The notes below the pieces were generated by a model. That model did no database searches. It was given only the letters and a program-made list of their open reading frames with translations, and was not told the DNA's origin. 64,000 nucleotides of DNA. Source: Candidatus Saccharimonadota bacterium (GTDB lineage Bacteria > Patescibacteriota > Saccharimonadia > Saccharimonadales > HK-STAS-PATE-42). Positions 54,012 to 63,583 of the stretch are shown one piece after another; position 1 is the first letter of the stretch, and each line of letters begins with the position of its first letter. The stretch covers positions 40,201-104,200 of the forward strand of contig DAISWL010000001.1 of assembly GCA_036826375.1 (NCBI GenBank). The letters run 5' to 3'. Made by a program: the position numbers and the translations under genes.

Positions 54012-54995
54012 TTAAGCCGCCCCTCTACGCATAATTTTATCTTTTATCTTTTTTAGCCTTGCTAATCTCTTGGGGTCAGTATTTATCAGTTCTTTGTACT
54101 TAATTTGAGAATCCTTGAGTAGACTAGCTACTCTATCGGGTCTAAGATTAATAAATTTATTTTTTATTAGTGATACTTTAGATATCATGTAAAAAAAGGC
54201 CCTTTCGGTAACTTTAGAATCATTAAAATGAGGGGCTGATCCTATTACAGACTTTTTGAATATTCTTGATAGGTTGTAATCCAAAAAGTAGTAAAAAAAC
54301 AGAGTTACAAATAAGTTATATATCAGCCCTCTATCCTGCCTTCTTGAGGATGTATAAACCGGATTATCCGCCTGAAAGGCAACTCTGCCGTGCTTTCTGA
54401 GTTGTTTTAATAAATATAGCTCATCTCCACCCTGAGTCAAGAAACTAGGGTAACCGCTCCAATGGCTTTTATAGAATGATATATTGGCGCCAGAAGCATA
54501 TAAGGTTTTACCGGTTAATTTATATATAGCATTAACTGCAGAAAACAATAACTTGCTATATATGTTTGTCCAGCGCGGCGCATCAACGTAAACGCAACTT
54601 CCCCCCACTGCGACGATATTATCATCTAAAATGAACCTAGAATTTATTCTTTTAAGCCAATTTTGGTCAAAGTAATTATCGGCATCTGTACTAACTATAA
54701 TTTGACCACTAGCCGCAACCGTTCCGGTATGCCTAGCCTTACAGACGCCTTTTTCTGGCTCATAAATCACCTTGACCCCCAAATTACTAGCTATCTCTGC
54801 AGTTCTGTCGGTGCTCGCATTATCTACTACAATTATTTCATAATCCCTAAAGCTTTGAGATAAGAGAGAAGTTAGGGCGAATTCTATAAAGTTCTCCTCA
54901 TTGTATGCAGGCATAACTACGCTAAATCTAGGAACATTAGTATGGCCCTCATCTTTTTCCCTAAGTGAATCGTTTTTACTATCCTTAAGATGCAT
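54012..54995 (-). CDS. family 2 glycosyltransferase
   Basis: SVVMPAYNEE... and DADN (DxD) motifs. Confidence 0.85.
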   Translation of the reverse strand: MHLKDSKNDSLREKDEGHTNVPRFSVVMPAYNEENFIEFALTSLLSQSFRDYEIIVVDNASTDRTAEIASNLGVKVIYEPEKGVCKARHTGTVAASGQIIVSTDADNYFDQNWLKRINSRFILDDNIVAVGGSCVYVDAPRWTNIYSKLLFSAVNAIYKLTGKTLYASGANISFYKSHWSGYPSFLTQGGDELYLLKQLRKHGRVAFQADNPVYTSSRRQDRGLIYNLFVTLFFYYFLDYNLSRIFKKSVIGSAPHFNDSKVTERAFFYMISKVSLIKNKFINLRPDRVASLLKDSQIKYKELINTDPKRLARLKKIKDKIMRRGAA

Positions 54996-55082
54996 TACTT
55001 GTCAATAATACTACACATTAGTTAATCTACTCAAAAATAATAGTGTTAGCATATCCAGACAGATATTTTAAATTATAGGCTT

Positions 55083-56021
55083 TTAATAGACCTTGAATCT
55101 TATGTATTTTCTAATAGCTAGAGAAGCGGAAAATACTCCTATGAATATACCGGCAACCAATATCAATAGCAGGCACAACCACCAATATTCCTTAATAAAA
55201 TCTGCTACCGGTATAATTTCTATGAAACTACTAAGCTTAGAAGAGTTCTTAATTGATCCGTATGTTATTCCCATAGTGAAAATCGAAGCAACAAAAGCGT
55301 AGAGTGATGCCTCCACTAAAAACGGCCCACGAATGTACCACACGCTCGCTCCTATTAAACGCATAATCTCAATTTCGTCTTTGCGGTTGAATATAGTCAT
55401 TCTGATAGTGTTAAATATTAATATAACTGAAATTACAACAAATATTAAACTTATTATCAACCCAAACTTACGCATAAAACTAGCGATTCTAGTAACGTTG
55501 TTAATTGTTTCGTTTTGCTTGGCACTACTTTCTGAATTGGTTTGATCTAGAATATCCGCATATTCTTTTTTACCTAGCTGATCTTTAATCGGCGTTAAAT
55601 TTTTAGGATCATCAGTCTTGACCTTAATAGTCGAATAGACGCCATCTATACCAGATAGTTCGTAGCCACTAAGCTTAATTTGATCTTTTCTGGCTTTAGC
55701 ATCTTCAACCTGTTGGTTATAAACAGTTTGCTTATCTAGATATTCTACAGATGTAACCCCTTCTATCTGTTTAATTTGTTCTGAAACTCGCTTGGCATCG
55801 GCATCAGTAACGCTATCTTTAACAAAAAGGGTTATATCTATCTTTTCAGCTACCTTCTTAATTGTTAAATTTGATGCCTGAAATGCAATTGCCGTAAAAC
55901 TAACCATTACCAAGGTAATTGTCATAACTAGTATTGCAGCAGAACTAAGCCACGCATTACGCAAAAAGTTTTTAGATCCAGATACTAATATTCTTTTGAA
56001 AGTTATTAACTGTCTTTTCAT
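55083..56021 (-). CDS. ftsX: cell division permease-like protein FtsX
   Basis: Four-TM FtsX topology, directly downstream of ftsE. Confidence 0.85.
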   Translation of the reverse strand: MKRQLITFKRILVSGSKNFLRNAWLSSAAILVMTITLVMVSFTAIAFQASNLTIKKVAEKIDITLFVKDSVTDADAKRVSEQIKQIEGVTSVEYLDKQTVYNQQVEDAKARKDQIKLSGYELSGIDGVYSTIKVKTDDPKNLTPIKDQLGKKEYADILDQTNSESSAKQNETINNVTRIASFMRKFGLIISLIFVVISVILIFNTIRMTIFNRKDEIEIMRLIGASVWYIRGPFLVEASLYAFVASIFTMGITYGSIKNSSKLSSFIEIIPVADFIKEYWWLCLLLILVAGIFIGVFSASLAIRKYIRFKVY

Positions 56022-56023
56022 AA

Positions 56024-56704
56024 TTACCTCTTAAACCTTGTTGCCGATCTATCGAAAATAACTTTGCCATCTTCGAGATTAATAATTCTTCGTTGTAATT
56101 TACTGACAATCTCTTGATTATGAGTTGTCATGATCACGGTAGTACCGTACTGATTAATCTTCTCTAGAATCGAAACTATATCCCAGCTATGTTTAGGATC
56201 TAGGTTACCAGTTGGCTCATCAGCTACTAAAATTTTAGGCTGCCTTACAACAGCTCTGGCGATTGCCACACGCTGCTGTTCACCTCCACTAAGTTCGTGA
56301 GGGAAACTCTTTTCTTTTCCTTTTAAGCCTACTAACTCTATAACTTTTGGGACGGTTCGTTTAATCTCTTTATTAGTCATTCCAGATACCTCCAGGGCGA
56401 AGGCAACATTTTCAAATACATTTCTGGTTGGAAGGAGTTTGAAATCTTGGAACACTACCCCTATTTTACGTCTGAGCAGGGGTATATTTCTATCCGGTAG
56501 CTTATCGTAATCTATTCCGCCAACTATAATTTTGCCAAAAGATGGTTTTTCCTCGCGAGTCAAAAGCTTCAGAAAAGTAGATTTCCCCGCCCCGCTAGTT
56601 CCTACCATAATAACGAATTCTTTAGGTTCTATCCTAATACTGACGTTATCTAAAGCTTTGCTTTTTTTATTGTATTGCTTGGTCACTTGATCAAATGTAA
56701 TCAT
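56024..56704 (-). CDS. ftsE: cell division ATP-binding protein FtsE
   Basis: Walker [10 protein letters not shown], signature LSGGEQQR, and FtsE length. Confidence 0.9.
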   Translation of the reverse strand: MITFDQVTKQYNKKSKALDNVSIRIEPKEFVIMVGTSGAGKSTFLKLLTREEKPSFGKIIVGGIDYDKLPDRNIPLLRRKIGVVFQDFKLLPTRNVFENVAFALEVSGMTNKEIKRTVPKVIELVGLKGKEKSFPHELSGGEQQRVAIARAVVRQPKILVADEPTGNLDPKHSWDIVSILEKINQYGTTVIMTTHNQEIVSKLQRRIINLEDGKVIFDRSATRFKR

Positions 56705-56788
56705 AACTAAACTTAATTATAACATAAGCGGAAATAGAATCTAAAATTTTAAACTTAAGATTAAGCTTAATCTGAAATGAGCGCCGTC

Positions 56789-56822
56789 CCCCTCTCCAAC
56801 TGGAGAGGGGTTAGGGGTGAGG
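56789..56822. repeat. intergenic copy of the 34-nt GC-rich palindromic element
   Basis: CCCCTCTCCAACTGGAGAGGGGTTAGGGGTGAGG. A second G-rich motif gcgggaggctgggagggg follows at about 56875-56895. Confidence 0.85.
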
Positions 56823-56998
56823 CGATCCGTAGCTAAGTTTAAGGCTTGAAATGGGATCTGGAGCTTCCTCCTCTGAAAGCGGGAGGCTGGGAGGGGCTAA
56901 ACTTAAACCCTAACAGAGGTACTTTAAAAGAACTGCTTGACAAATAATGAATATATATATAATTGGTTTACAAAATTAAGTTTTAAGGAGTACGAAAC

Positions 56999-57427
56999 AT
57001 GAAAAGAAGTTCGATAACACCAAGACCCAAAGGTACTTTAGATACATTAGAAGGAGAAATCCAACTAGCTCAACACTTAGTCGATCATGCTAGGTGGCAA
57101 GATAGCAAAGGGAAAAACCCTTCAGAAACTGGGTTTGGCACACAAAATCCAAGACTTGCACTTGAAGCCGCGAGGGGGCTTCTGAAGTCAGCCGTAGAGG
57201 TTAGGGTTGACTCCATTGGTCGGCTTATTGATCCCTCCTCAGCGAGTCGTGTAGCGTTGTCACTGCTAAATCTTGAAGGTATTCGTGCTAGGGAGGGCGG
57301 GGAATCAGCCTCTGAATCAGCTGGTCACTATACTTATATTACTGTTACCGGTGAAGCTGGAGAGCAAGTAAAGCTAGGCGATACTCTAACAGCGGAGCAA
57401 GTGGTAGCTTACTCACTACAGAAATAG
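56999..57427 (+). CDS. G+C-rich hypothetical protein (142 aa)
   Basis: ORF with SD TAAGGAG. TTGACA lies at 56937-56942, followed by an AT-alternating -10 region. No family recognised. Confidence 0.6.
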   Translation: MKRSSITPRPKGTLDTLEGEIQLAQHLVDHARWQDSKGKNPSETGFGTQNPRLALEAARGLLKSAVEVRVDSIGRLIDPSSASRVALSLLNLEGIRAREGGESASESAGHYTYITVTGEAGEQVKLGDTLTAEQVVAYSLQK

Positions 57428-57439
57428 ACCCCTGAACAG

Positions 57440-58483
57440 TCAAATCAACTCAATCTCCCCCTCCAAAAACCTCTTAACATCCCCCGTCTCCTTACCTGTT
57501 CGCTGATCTTTCACTAGCGTATACGGGTGCAAAACATAATTTCTGATTTGGTTGCCCCATTCAGCTGATTGATTCGGCCCTTTGAGCTTAGCTAAATCCT
57601 CTTGGTGTTGTTCCTCTTTAAGTTTAGTTAGCCGAGATTTCAATATTTTCATAGCCGTAGCCTTATTTTGAAGTTGTGAGCGTTCATTTTGAATTGAAAC
57701 CGTGATACCGCTCGGCAGGTGAGTAATTCTAACTGCGGAATCCGTAGTGTTAACACTTTGCCCGCCGTGGCCGCCAGCTCGGAAAACATCAATTCGTAAA
57801 TCTTTTTCATCTAGTTCAAGTTCGCCCTCAGATTCTACCTCTGGCAGAACATCAACTTTCGCAAAACTAGTTTCCCTGGTTCCTCCGCTGTTGAATGGGC
57901 TGATTCTAACTAGGCGATGCACTCCGTGTTCTTGCTTCAACTTGCCATAAATGTAGCTCCCGCTAATTTCAACTGTTGCAGATTTTATCCCAGCCTCGTC
58001 CCCGCGAGATTCTTCAATTAAGCTTAGCTTGGCATCATTTTTTTGAGCCCAACCAGCGTACATTCTGAGTAGCATCTCGGCCCAATCTTGGGCATCAACT
58101 CCCCCGGCACCAGCGTAAACTGAAAGGATTGCATTGTGGTCATCCAGCGGATCTAGGAAACGATAATCTTTTTTTATTGCCTCAAAATTAAGCTTAATGC
58201 TTTCTAGTTCTTTTTCAGATTCCTGCATTAAAGATGCATCATTCAAGCTTAATATCTCTTCAAAATCAGCTACTTGAGCCTTAAGCTTAGCTAGCGGATC
58301 TAAAAATTTTTCTAGCTTAGCTTGCTTCTGGCTGACTTTTTGAGCTGATTGAGGATTCGCCCAGAAATCATCTTTTTTTATTTCCTCATTAAGATACTTG
58401 AGAGCTTCTAGCTTTTCTTCAAAATTAAGATTACCCAGAAACTGACTCAGCTCATCTTTAAGTTTAGTAATGTCATCGTTCAT
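57440..58483 (-). CDS. prfB: peptide chain release factor 2 (single uninterrupted ORF)
   Basis: SPF tripeptide (RISPFNSGG) and GGQ (GGHGGQSVN). No in-frame UGA frameshift site near codon 25. Confidence 0.9.
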   Translation of the reverse strand: MNDDITKLKDELSQFLGNLNFEEKLEALKYLNEEIKKDDFWANPQSAQKVSQKQAKLEKFLDPLAKLKAQVADFEEILSLNDASLMQESEKELESIKLNFEAIKKDYRFLDPLDDHNAILSVYAGAGGVDAQDWAEMLLRMYAGWAQKNDAKLSLIEESRGDEAGIKSATVEISGSYIYGKLKQEHGVHRLVRISPFNSGGTRETSFAKVDVLPEVESEGELELDEKDLRIDVFRAGGHGGQSVNTTDSAVRITHLPSGITVSIQNERSQLQNKATAMKILKSRLTKLKEEQHQEDLAKLKGPNQSAEWGNQIRNYVLHPYTLVKDQRTGKETGDVKRFLEGEIELI

Positions 58484-58614
58484 TCTAACTTAATTATACT
58501 ACTATTTTTTAGATAAACTTACTTAGAAGGACGGCCGAGACCTTCCGCCCTACGCTATACCCAATTTAAGCTGCACAAAATGTAATGCGGAATTGAGGCC
58601 AGTGGTTTTTTTGG

Positions 58615-58644
58615 TTACTTTTTTGTCCATAAACAAAAAAGTAA
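58615..58644. terminator. AT-rich perfect hairpin downstream of the M48 peptidase gene
   Basis: TTACTTTTTTGT-ccataa-ACAAAAAAGTAA. Confidence 0.5.
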
Positions 58645-58675
58645 TAAATAAGATATATTAACCTAAGGTTTTATT

Positions 58676-59566
58676 TTATCTTCGTGTAGCCTCCGGTTTT
58701 TCTATTCCAACTTTAACTGCCCATTCATCCAAATGTTTTAAACGATGTACCCAAAACGGATGAGAAACTAAAGATTCAGCAATTAAGTTCATGCCTCCCC
58801 TACTTTCGTATTGCTGCCAAGCCTCAGTTTTTTTATCGATATATTTAGCTCCATCAGGGCCAACATGCACTACGCTTAAGGCCTGTTGAACTAATATTTT
58901 ATCGCCAGTGTAGCAAAGAGCCAACCTGTCACAAGCCAGTTCGGCCCTTCTCCAGTAAAAATCGACTATCCACTGTACGAAACTACCTAGCACGGGGATG
59001 ATCCCGGTAACAGCCATTAACGGCATTAAAAATATACCAATTACTGTATGCTTAAACTTAATATGACCCATTTCGTGTACTATAACAACTTTAAGCTGCT
59101 CCTCTGTTAAATAACGGATCGATCCAGAATTAAGCACTATATTAAAAGGTTTATAAAATCCGAATGCATAGGCGTTAATGTATGGATCTTGAGTGATGAA
59201 TATTTCAACATACGGCAAGCCTAAGCTTAAGGCAGTCTCATTAACCCAATCTTTCATATGAGCATATTGGCTATATTTTAAGTTTAGTGAATTTGCTAAG
59301 TTCATCTGGCGTTGGATTCTGGTTATAAAAATTCCTAGGCCGAAAATAACTAACATTATAACAACATAAATGGCGACATTGATCAGCTCACTAAAAAACC
59401 TTTCTTGATCTATAAAAAAGCCAACTATTAAATTAATTATGAAGAAAATAAGAATTGAGATACTAAAAAGAACCACGATTCCGGCTAGAATTCCGGTGTC
59501 GGAATCTCGTTTAGCAGCTTGATAAGCCCACTGTCCACGGGATTGCTTATTGTTCTGATTATCCAT
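58676..59566 (-). CDS. M48 family zinc metalloprotease (HtpX-like)
   Basis: HEMGHIKFKH motif, with TM helices at the N-terminus. Confidence 0.85.
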   Translation of the reverse strand: MDNQNNKQSRGQWAYQAAKRDSDTGILAGIVVLFSISILIFFIINLIVGFFIDQERFFSELINVAIYVVIMLVIFGLGIFITRIQRQMNLANSLNLKYSQYAHMKDWVNETALSLGLPYVEIFITQDPYINAYAFGFYKPFNIVLNSGSIRYLTEEQLKVVIVHEMGHIKFKHTVIGIFLMPLMAVTGIIPVLGSFVQWIVDFYWRRAELACDRLALCYTGDKILVQQALSVVHVGPDGAKYIDKKTEAWQQYESRGGMNLIAESLVSHPFWVHRLKHLDEWAVKVGIEKPEATRR

Positions 59567-59606
59567 TTACTTTTACCCCTTTAAAATTATTAAGCTTATG
59601 AATAAA

Positions 59607-60905
59607 TTATAGCAGAATATCGAATGCCTTATCGTAATCGTACAGTTCATTATAATCGAACTTAGATTCCGGCACCCCGAACTTAAGTTTAGAGATTTCA
59701 TCCCCCCATCTTTTCTGGGCCATATGATAAGCTAACCTCAGTTCATCAATCTCTCCAACGCATTCAAACGGCTTCATTACGCCATCAATGCCAAGAAGGC
59801 CTTTGAAGGTTTCCTCCATTTTTTCATCTGCTATCATGTCTGAACCCATGACTGAATTTAAATCATTGGGCTCAACAAATGGCGCAAAAAGCAAATAGCT
59901 ATTAGCGCATTTCGGGCAATTTGCGCACCACTTAAGCTTAGTGTTACTTGCACCTTGTTGATAATTAGCATTATTGCAAGATGAAAAACTAGTAGAATAT
60001 TCAGCCCAACAATACTGCACAAACAGCTCAGCTACTTTAAGTTCACTGTATTTTCTGATTGGTGAACCCACCACAATATCTTTAGCTACATAACTATATA
60101 TATACTCAGAAAATAGTTTTTCGGCCTGCCAAGTTTTTGACCATTGGTGGTTAACATCAAGATCACCAATTTTAGCATGGGGTTCATCGCCTTCATGGGC
60201 AATTGAAAGTAGTACCCAGTTTTGGCCATGAAGAATGGCATCCACAATGGCAATGCTGGCCGTAATGTAAGTAATTGGAATGTGGCCGTTGAGGCCTCCT
60301 TTTTCAGAAGCAATCTTTAAACTTCTAGAATCTATTTTTCTATCAGCGTAGCTGGTCGATCTATCAAACTGATCTAAAATCGCCGGGTGATTTTCCCCGT
60401 AGGGCATGTTAAAAGGCTTAAACTTAATATTTTTCTTCTTTAATAAAGTGGCTGTTAGCAAAGAATCTTTACCCCCGCTTTCTAGAGCCAGTATATCTTT
60501 TACCTCTAACTGGTGGCTACTTTTTTGCTGATTTTGCGCGTTATAAGTTTTTAAGTAGTAATCCAAAAAAGGAATCACATCTAAACTTAAGTTATTTTCA
60601 TAGATGAATTGGCTCAGACCATCTCGATAGATGCTGGCCATGAAGCTCATTTGCTCTTCCGTTGGGTTGATAGAATTAAACTTAATATTAGCGGTTGGAA
60701 AAGCTTTAAAATAAGATGTCCCAGCCACCAAAAAAAGAAGCTCTAAAGCCCCATTAAGCTTAGCCCTGTCATAGTCAACAAGATTATCTTTTGAAAATTT
60801 TATAACCTCTTTGAAGCTTATATCCGGATTTTGGTTTTGATAATACAGGCTTAGTTCTAAACTGTCTTCATCAAAAATAAACTTATCAAAAATAAAACTA
60901 TTCAT
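59607..60905 (-). CDS. PP-loop (SGGKDS) ATP-pyrophosphatase-like protein; candidate MurL-type UDP-MurNAc-L-Ala-L-Glu epimerase
   Basis: LESGGKDSLL PP-loop and a C-terminal Cys cluster (CANCPKCANS). 4-nt overlap (ATGA) with the upstream murD-like gene. The family assignment is a hypothesis. Confidence 0.45.
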   Translation of the reverse strand: MNSFIFDKFIFDEDSLELSLYYQNQNPDISFKEVIKFSKDNLVDYDRAKLNGALELLFLVAGTSYFKAFPTANIKFNSINPTEEQMSFMASIYRDGLSQFIYENNLSLDVIPFLDYYLKTYNAQNQQKSSHQLEVKDILALESGGKDSLLTATLLKKKNIKFKPFNMPYGENHPAILDQFDRSTSYADRKIDSRSLKIASEKGGLNGHIPITYITASIAIVDAILHGQNWVLLSIAHEGDEPHAKIGDLDVNHQWSKTWQAEKLFSEYIYSYVAKDIVVGSPIRKYSELKVAELFVQYCWAEYSTSFSSCNNANYQQGASNTKLKWCANCPKCANSYLLFAPFVEPNDLNSVMGSDMIADEKMEETFKGLLGIDGVMKPFECVGEIDELRLAYHMAQKRWGDEISKLKFGVPESKFDYNELYDYDKAFDILL

Positions 60906-62278
60906 AATTTATTTATTATATCCTTAAACCGATTTCCCCGCTCTTCAAAATTATTAAACATATCAAAACTCGCCGAACCTGGGCTAAAAATTAACACCTC
61001 TTCGCCTTTTGTATCCGCAATTACGGATTTGATTATCTCTTCAAAATTAGAAGAGTTCGAAGATCCTAAAACTACATAATTACTGTAGCCTTCTTTATCG
61101 AAAGCATCTTTAATTTTTAACCTATTTTTACCATAAATAAAAGTCTTGATTCTCTCTCCGCCAAGCTTAAGTACTTCGGCCAGTTCACCGAACTGAACGC
61201 CTCTATCAAAGCCGCCCAACATTAAAACTATTTTTTTATTGAAAGATTTAACCGCCGCTAACGTTGCGCTAGGGTTTGATGAATAGCTATCATTGTAGAT
61301 TTCCAGACCATCGATAGTTTTTACAAATTCCATTCTGTGCGGCAGACCCTTGAATTTTTTGATTGCGGCCGCTATTGAATTTGAACTTAAGCTTAGAGCT
61401 TTAGCCGTATTCACAGAAGCCATTACATTTTCTAAATTGTGAGCACCAATTAATTTTACATCTGTTGTTGAACAAATTATTTGATCATTAAACTTAATGT
61501 TTTGATTAGAAATATGAGCAAAATTTTTATTTGGGTAGGGCACTTTTTTGCCAGCTGGTGAGTTGATTCCAAATTTGGAACTGATTTTATTTTCGCTAAA
61601 ATAGATTAGCGAATCTTCTTCATTCTGAAACTTGGTGATATTAAACTTAGCATTTCTGTAATCTTCAATATCGTCGTGGACATCTAGGTGATCTTCGGTA
61701 ATCATCAAAATTACCGCCACCTGCGGGCTAAACTTAATATCCCACAGTTGAAAAGATGACAGCTCTAAAACTACATAATCTTCTGGCTGAATCTCGGAGA
61801 TTAAACTTAAAGCCGGCTTGCCAATATTGCCAAGCAAGTGAGATGCTCGGCCATCTTCAATTAACATCTGGTGAATTAAGCTAGATGTTGTCCCCTTGCC
61901 TTTTGTGCCAGTTACGCCAATTAAGTTTTTAGATTTAACTCTGGCAAAGAATTCGTTGGTGCCACTCCAAATAATAGCGCTAGATTCTATTAGCCTAGGG
62001 TTAATTGGTGGTGAGCGAAATATTATCTGAATATCACTATTTTGATTAAGTTTAGATATATAACTTTCGCCACTCGAGAATTGATAGTTCCCCGGAATTT
62101 CGCCGGCGAGATTTTCTTTAGCATCGTAAATAGTTATTTGATTAGAATCCAAACCCTGCTTAGTTAAGTAACTTAGAGTTGCTCTACCTTCTAAACCGTA
62201 ACCAAGAATTGCAACTTTCCCCTTAAACTTAGACCATTCAAATGTTGGCGATTTTAAATCATCCAAACTCAAGACCAT
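60902..62278 (-). CDS. murD: UDP-N-acetylmuramoyl-L-alanine--glutamate ligase (MurD; D-Glu or L-Glu specificity undetermined)
   Basis: Mur ligase P-loop GVTGTKGKGTT with MurD domain order. Confidence 0.85.
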   Translation of the reverse strand: MVLSLDDLKSPTFEWSKFKGKVAILGYGLEGRATLSYLTKQGLDSNQITIYDAKENLAGEIPGNYQFSSGESYISKLNQNSDIQIIFRSPPINPRLIESSAIIWSGTNEFFARVKSKNLIGVTGTKGKGTTSSLIHQMLIEDGRASHLLGNIGKPALSLISEIQPEDYVVLELSSFQLWDIKFSPQVAVILMITEDHLDVHDDIEDYRNAKFNITKFQNEEDSLIYFSENKISSKFGINSPAGKKVPYPNKNFAHISNQNIKFNDQIICSTTDVKLIGAHNLENVMASVNTAKALSLSSNSIAAAIKKFKGLPHRMEFVKTIDGLEIYNDSYSSNPSATLAAVKSFNKKIVLMLGGFDRGVQFGELAEVLKLGGERIKTFIYGKNRLKIKDAFDKEGYSNYVVLGSSNSSNFEEIIKSVIADTKGEEVLIFSPGSASFDMFNNFEERGNRFKDIINKL

Positions 62279-63561
62279 AGTTTTAAGAATTCCTTTTCTA
62301 CTTTTTTGGCGACATCTTGGTGGCTAGGCAAACCGAGAATTGAAACTGCTTGAGAGTTATTGTTTATAAACTTATTTAAGATGTTAGTGATATCTGTTTT
62401 TGTAATGACGTTGATTTTGTTTTTGTAATTTTGGTAATCACGGATTTCATCATCTTCGTAGAAATCGCTAGCGAAATAAGATATGTAGTTATTTGGCGTT
62501 TGCAGTGCTTTCTGGAAGCTACCTAGTGCAAACTGTTTGGCGCCCTTAAGTTCTGAATCTTTAAGCCCACCAGCTGCTATTTTTTTAAGCTCAGAGGTTA
62601 CTAACCTCATAACATTAACTGCGTTTTTATCGCTAACTTGAATGAAGAACTCAAAGCCAGGATATTCTCGCCAATTACCGCAACCGGAGCTCATATCGTA
62701 GACCCAGCCTTTTTCGCGAGCTTTTCCGAAGATGCGCGAATGCAGGGTTCCGGTAATAATGTTGTTCAAAATTTTCATAGCTAGATGTTCTTGCTTGGTG
62801 ATTGGATTTTGCAGGAACATTTCTGCCTCTATACTGAGGGCGCTGGCATCATCTTTTTTAATGAAGAGCAGTGGTTTTTTAATAGGCTTTCCACCCTTAA
62901 TAATATCTAATCGCTTGGTTCCTGAGCTGAGTTTAAACTGATCTACTAAACTTAAGATTGCTTTTTTACGGGGTGCGGAAATTTTACCGGCAATTATGAA
63001 CCGCATATTTTTTTGAGTATGAGTTCGTTTGTAATGCTCTGTAATATCAGCGTGAACTACGTTATCCATTAAGCTTAAATTATCTTTAAAGGTTGTTTTA
63101 GTTAAACCTACATTTTTATTATGGAGCTGAAATAAACGTACGGTATCGTAGTTCCATCTTAGAGCCAACTCTTCTTTAACATTGCCGAATTCTGCCTTAA
63201 ATTCGTTTTCTAAAAACTGTGGCGATTCTAACTGCAATAGAAGATGAGAGAGTACTCGTTTCCATTCGAAATCAGCACAATTGGCATAATAAGCTAGTGA
63301 GGTATGGCTGGTGTAGGCGTTAGTAGATGCCCCATTTTTCTGCAAAACCGCGTTATTTTTACGCATTGTTTTATACTTAGCGTTTGCTCCAAAAGCAAGA
63401 TGCTCCATAATATGAGCTGTCTCCACTTTTTGTTCGCTGATTGCATATCTATCACCCGCTCTGAATTCAAATTCAAAAGCCATTGTATTGGCTCCGGGTA
63501 CATGAATTATTAGGCCCTTAGCGCCGCCTTTTGTTTTAATTTCTTCTACCTTAAAACCCAT
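62269..63561 (-). CDS. M16 family (pitrilysin/insulinase-like) zinc peptidase
   Basis: Inverted zinc motif HIMEH. The promoter TATAAT lies 8 nt before the ATG. Confidence 0.8.
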   Translation of the reverse strand: MGFKVEEIKTKGGAKGLIIHVPGANTMAFEFEFRAGDRYAISEQKVETAHIMEHLAFGANAKYKTMRKNNAVLQKNGASTNAYTSHTSLAYYANCADFEWKRVLSHLLLQLESPQFLENEFKAEFGNVKEELALRWNYDTVRLFQLHNKNVGLTKTTFKDNLSLMDNVVHADITEHYKRTHTQKNMRFIIAGKISAPRKKAILSLVDQFKLSSGTKRLDIIKGGKPIKKPLLFIKKDDASALSIEAEMFLQNPITKQEHLAMKILNNIITGTLHSRIFGKAREKGWVYDMSSGCGNWREYPGFEFFIQVSDKNAVNVMRLVTSELKKIAAGGLKDSELKGAKQFALGSFQKALQTPNNYISYFASDFYEDDEIRDYQNYKNKINVITKTDITNILNKFINNNSQAVSILGLPSHQDVAKKVEKEFLKLWS

Positions 63562-63583
63562 TAAGTTTAATTATAGCACTTTA

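Noticed and set aside
57440-58483. Programmed +1 frameshift site in prfB
   Set aside because: The ORF is continuous from its ATG, with no in-frame TGA near codon 25 (sequence ..FLGNLNFEEK..). Many bacteria lack the frameshift, so this is not unusual.
58520-58610. Short G+C-richer patch (gaaggacggccgagaccttccgccctacgc...) between the M48 peptidase gene and prfB as a small RNA
   Set aside because: Only a weak 5-bp hairpin is present, with no promoter or terminator pair and no motif I can assign. The evidence is insufficient.
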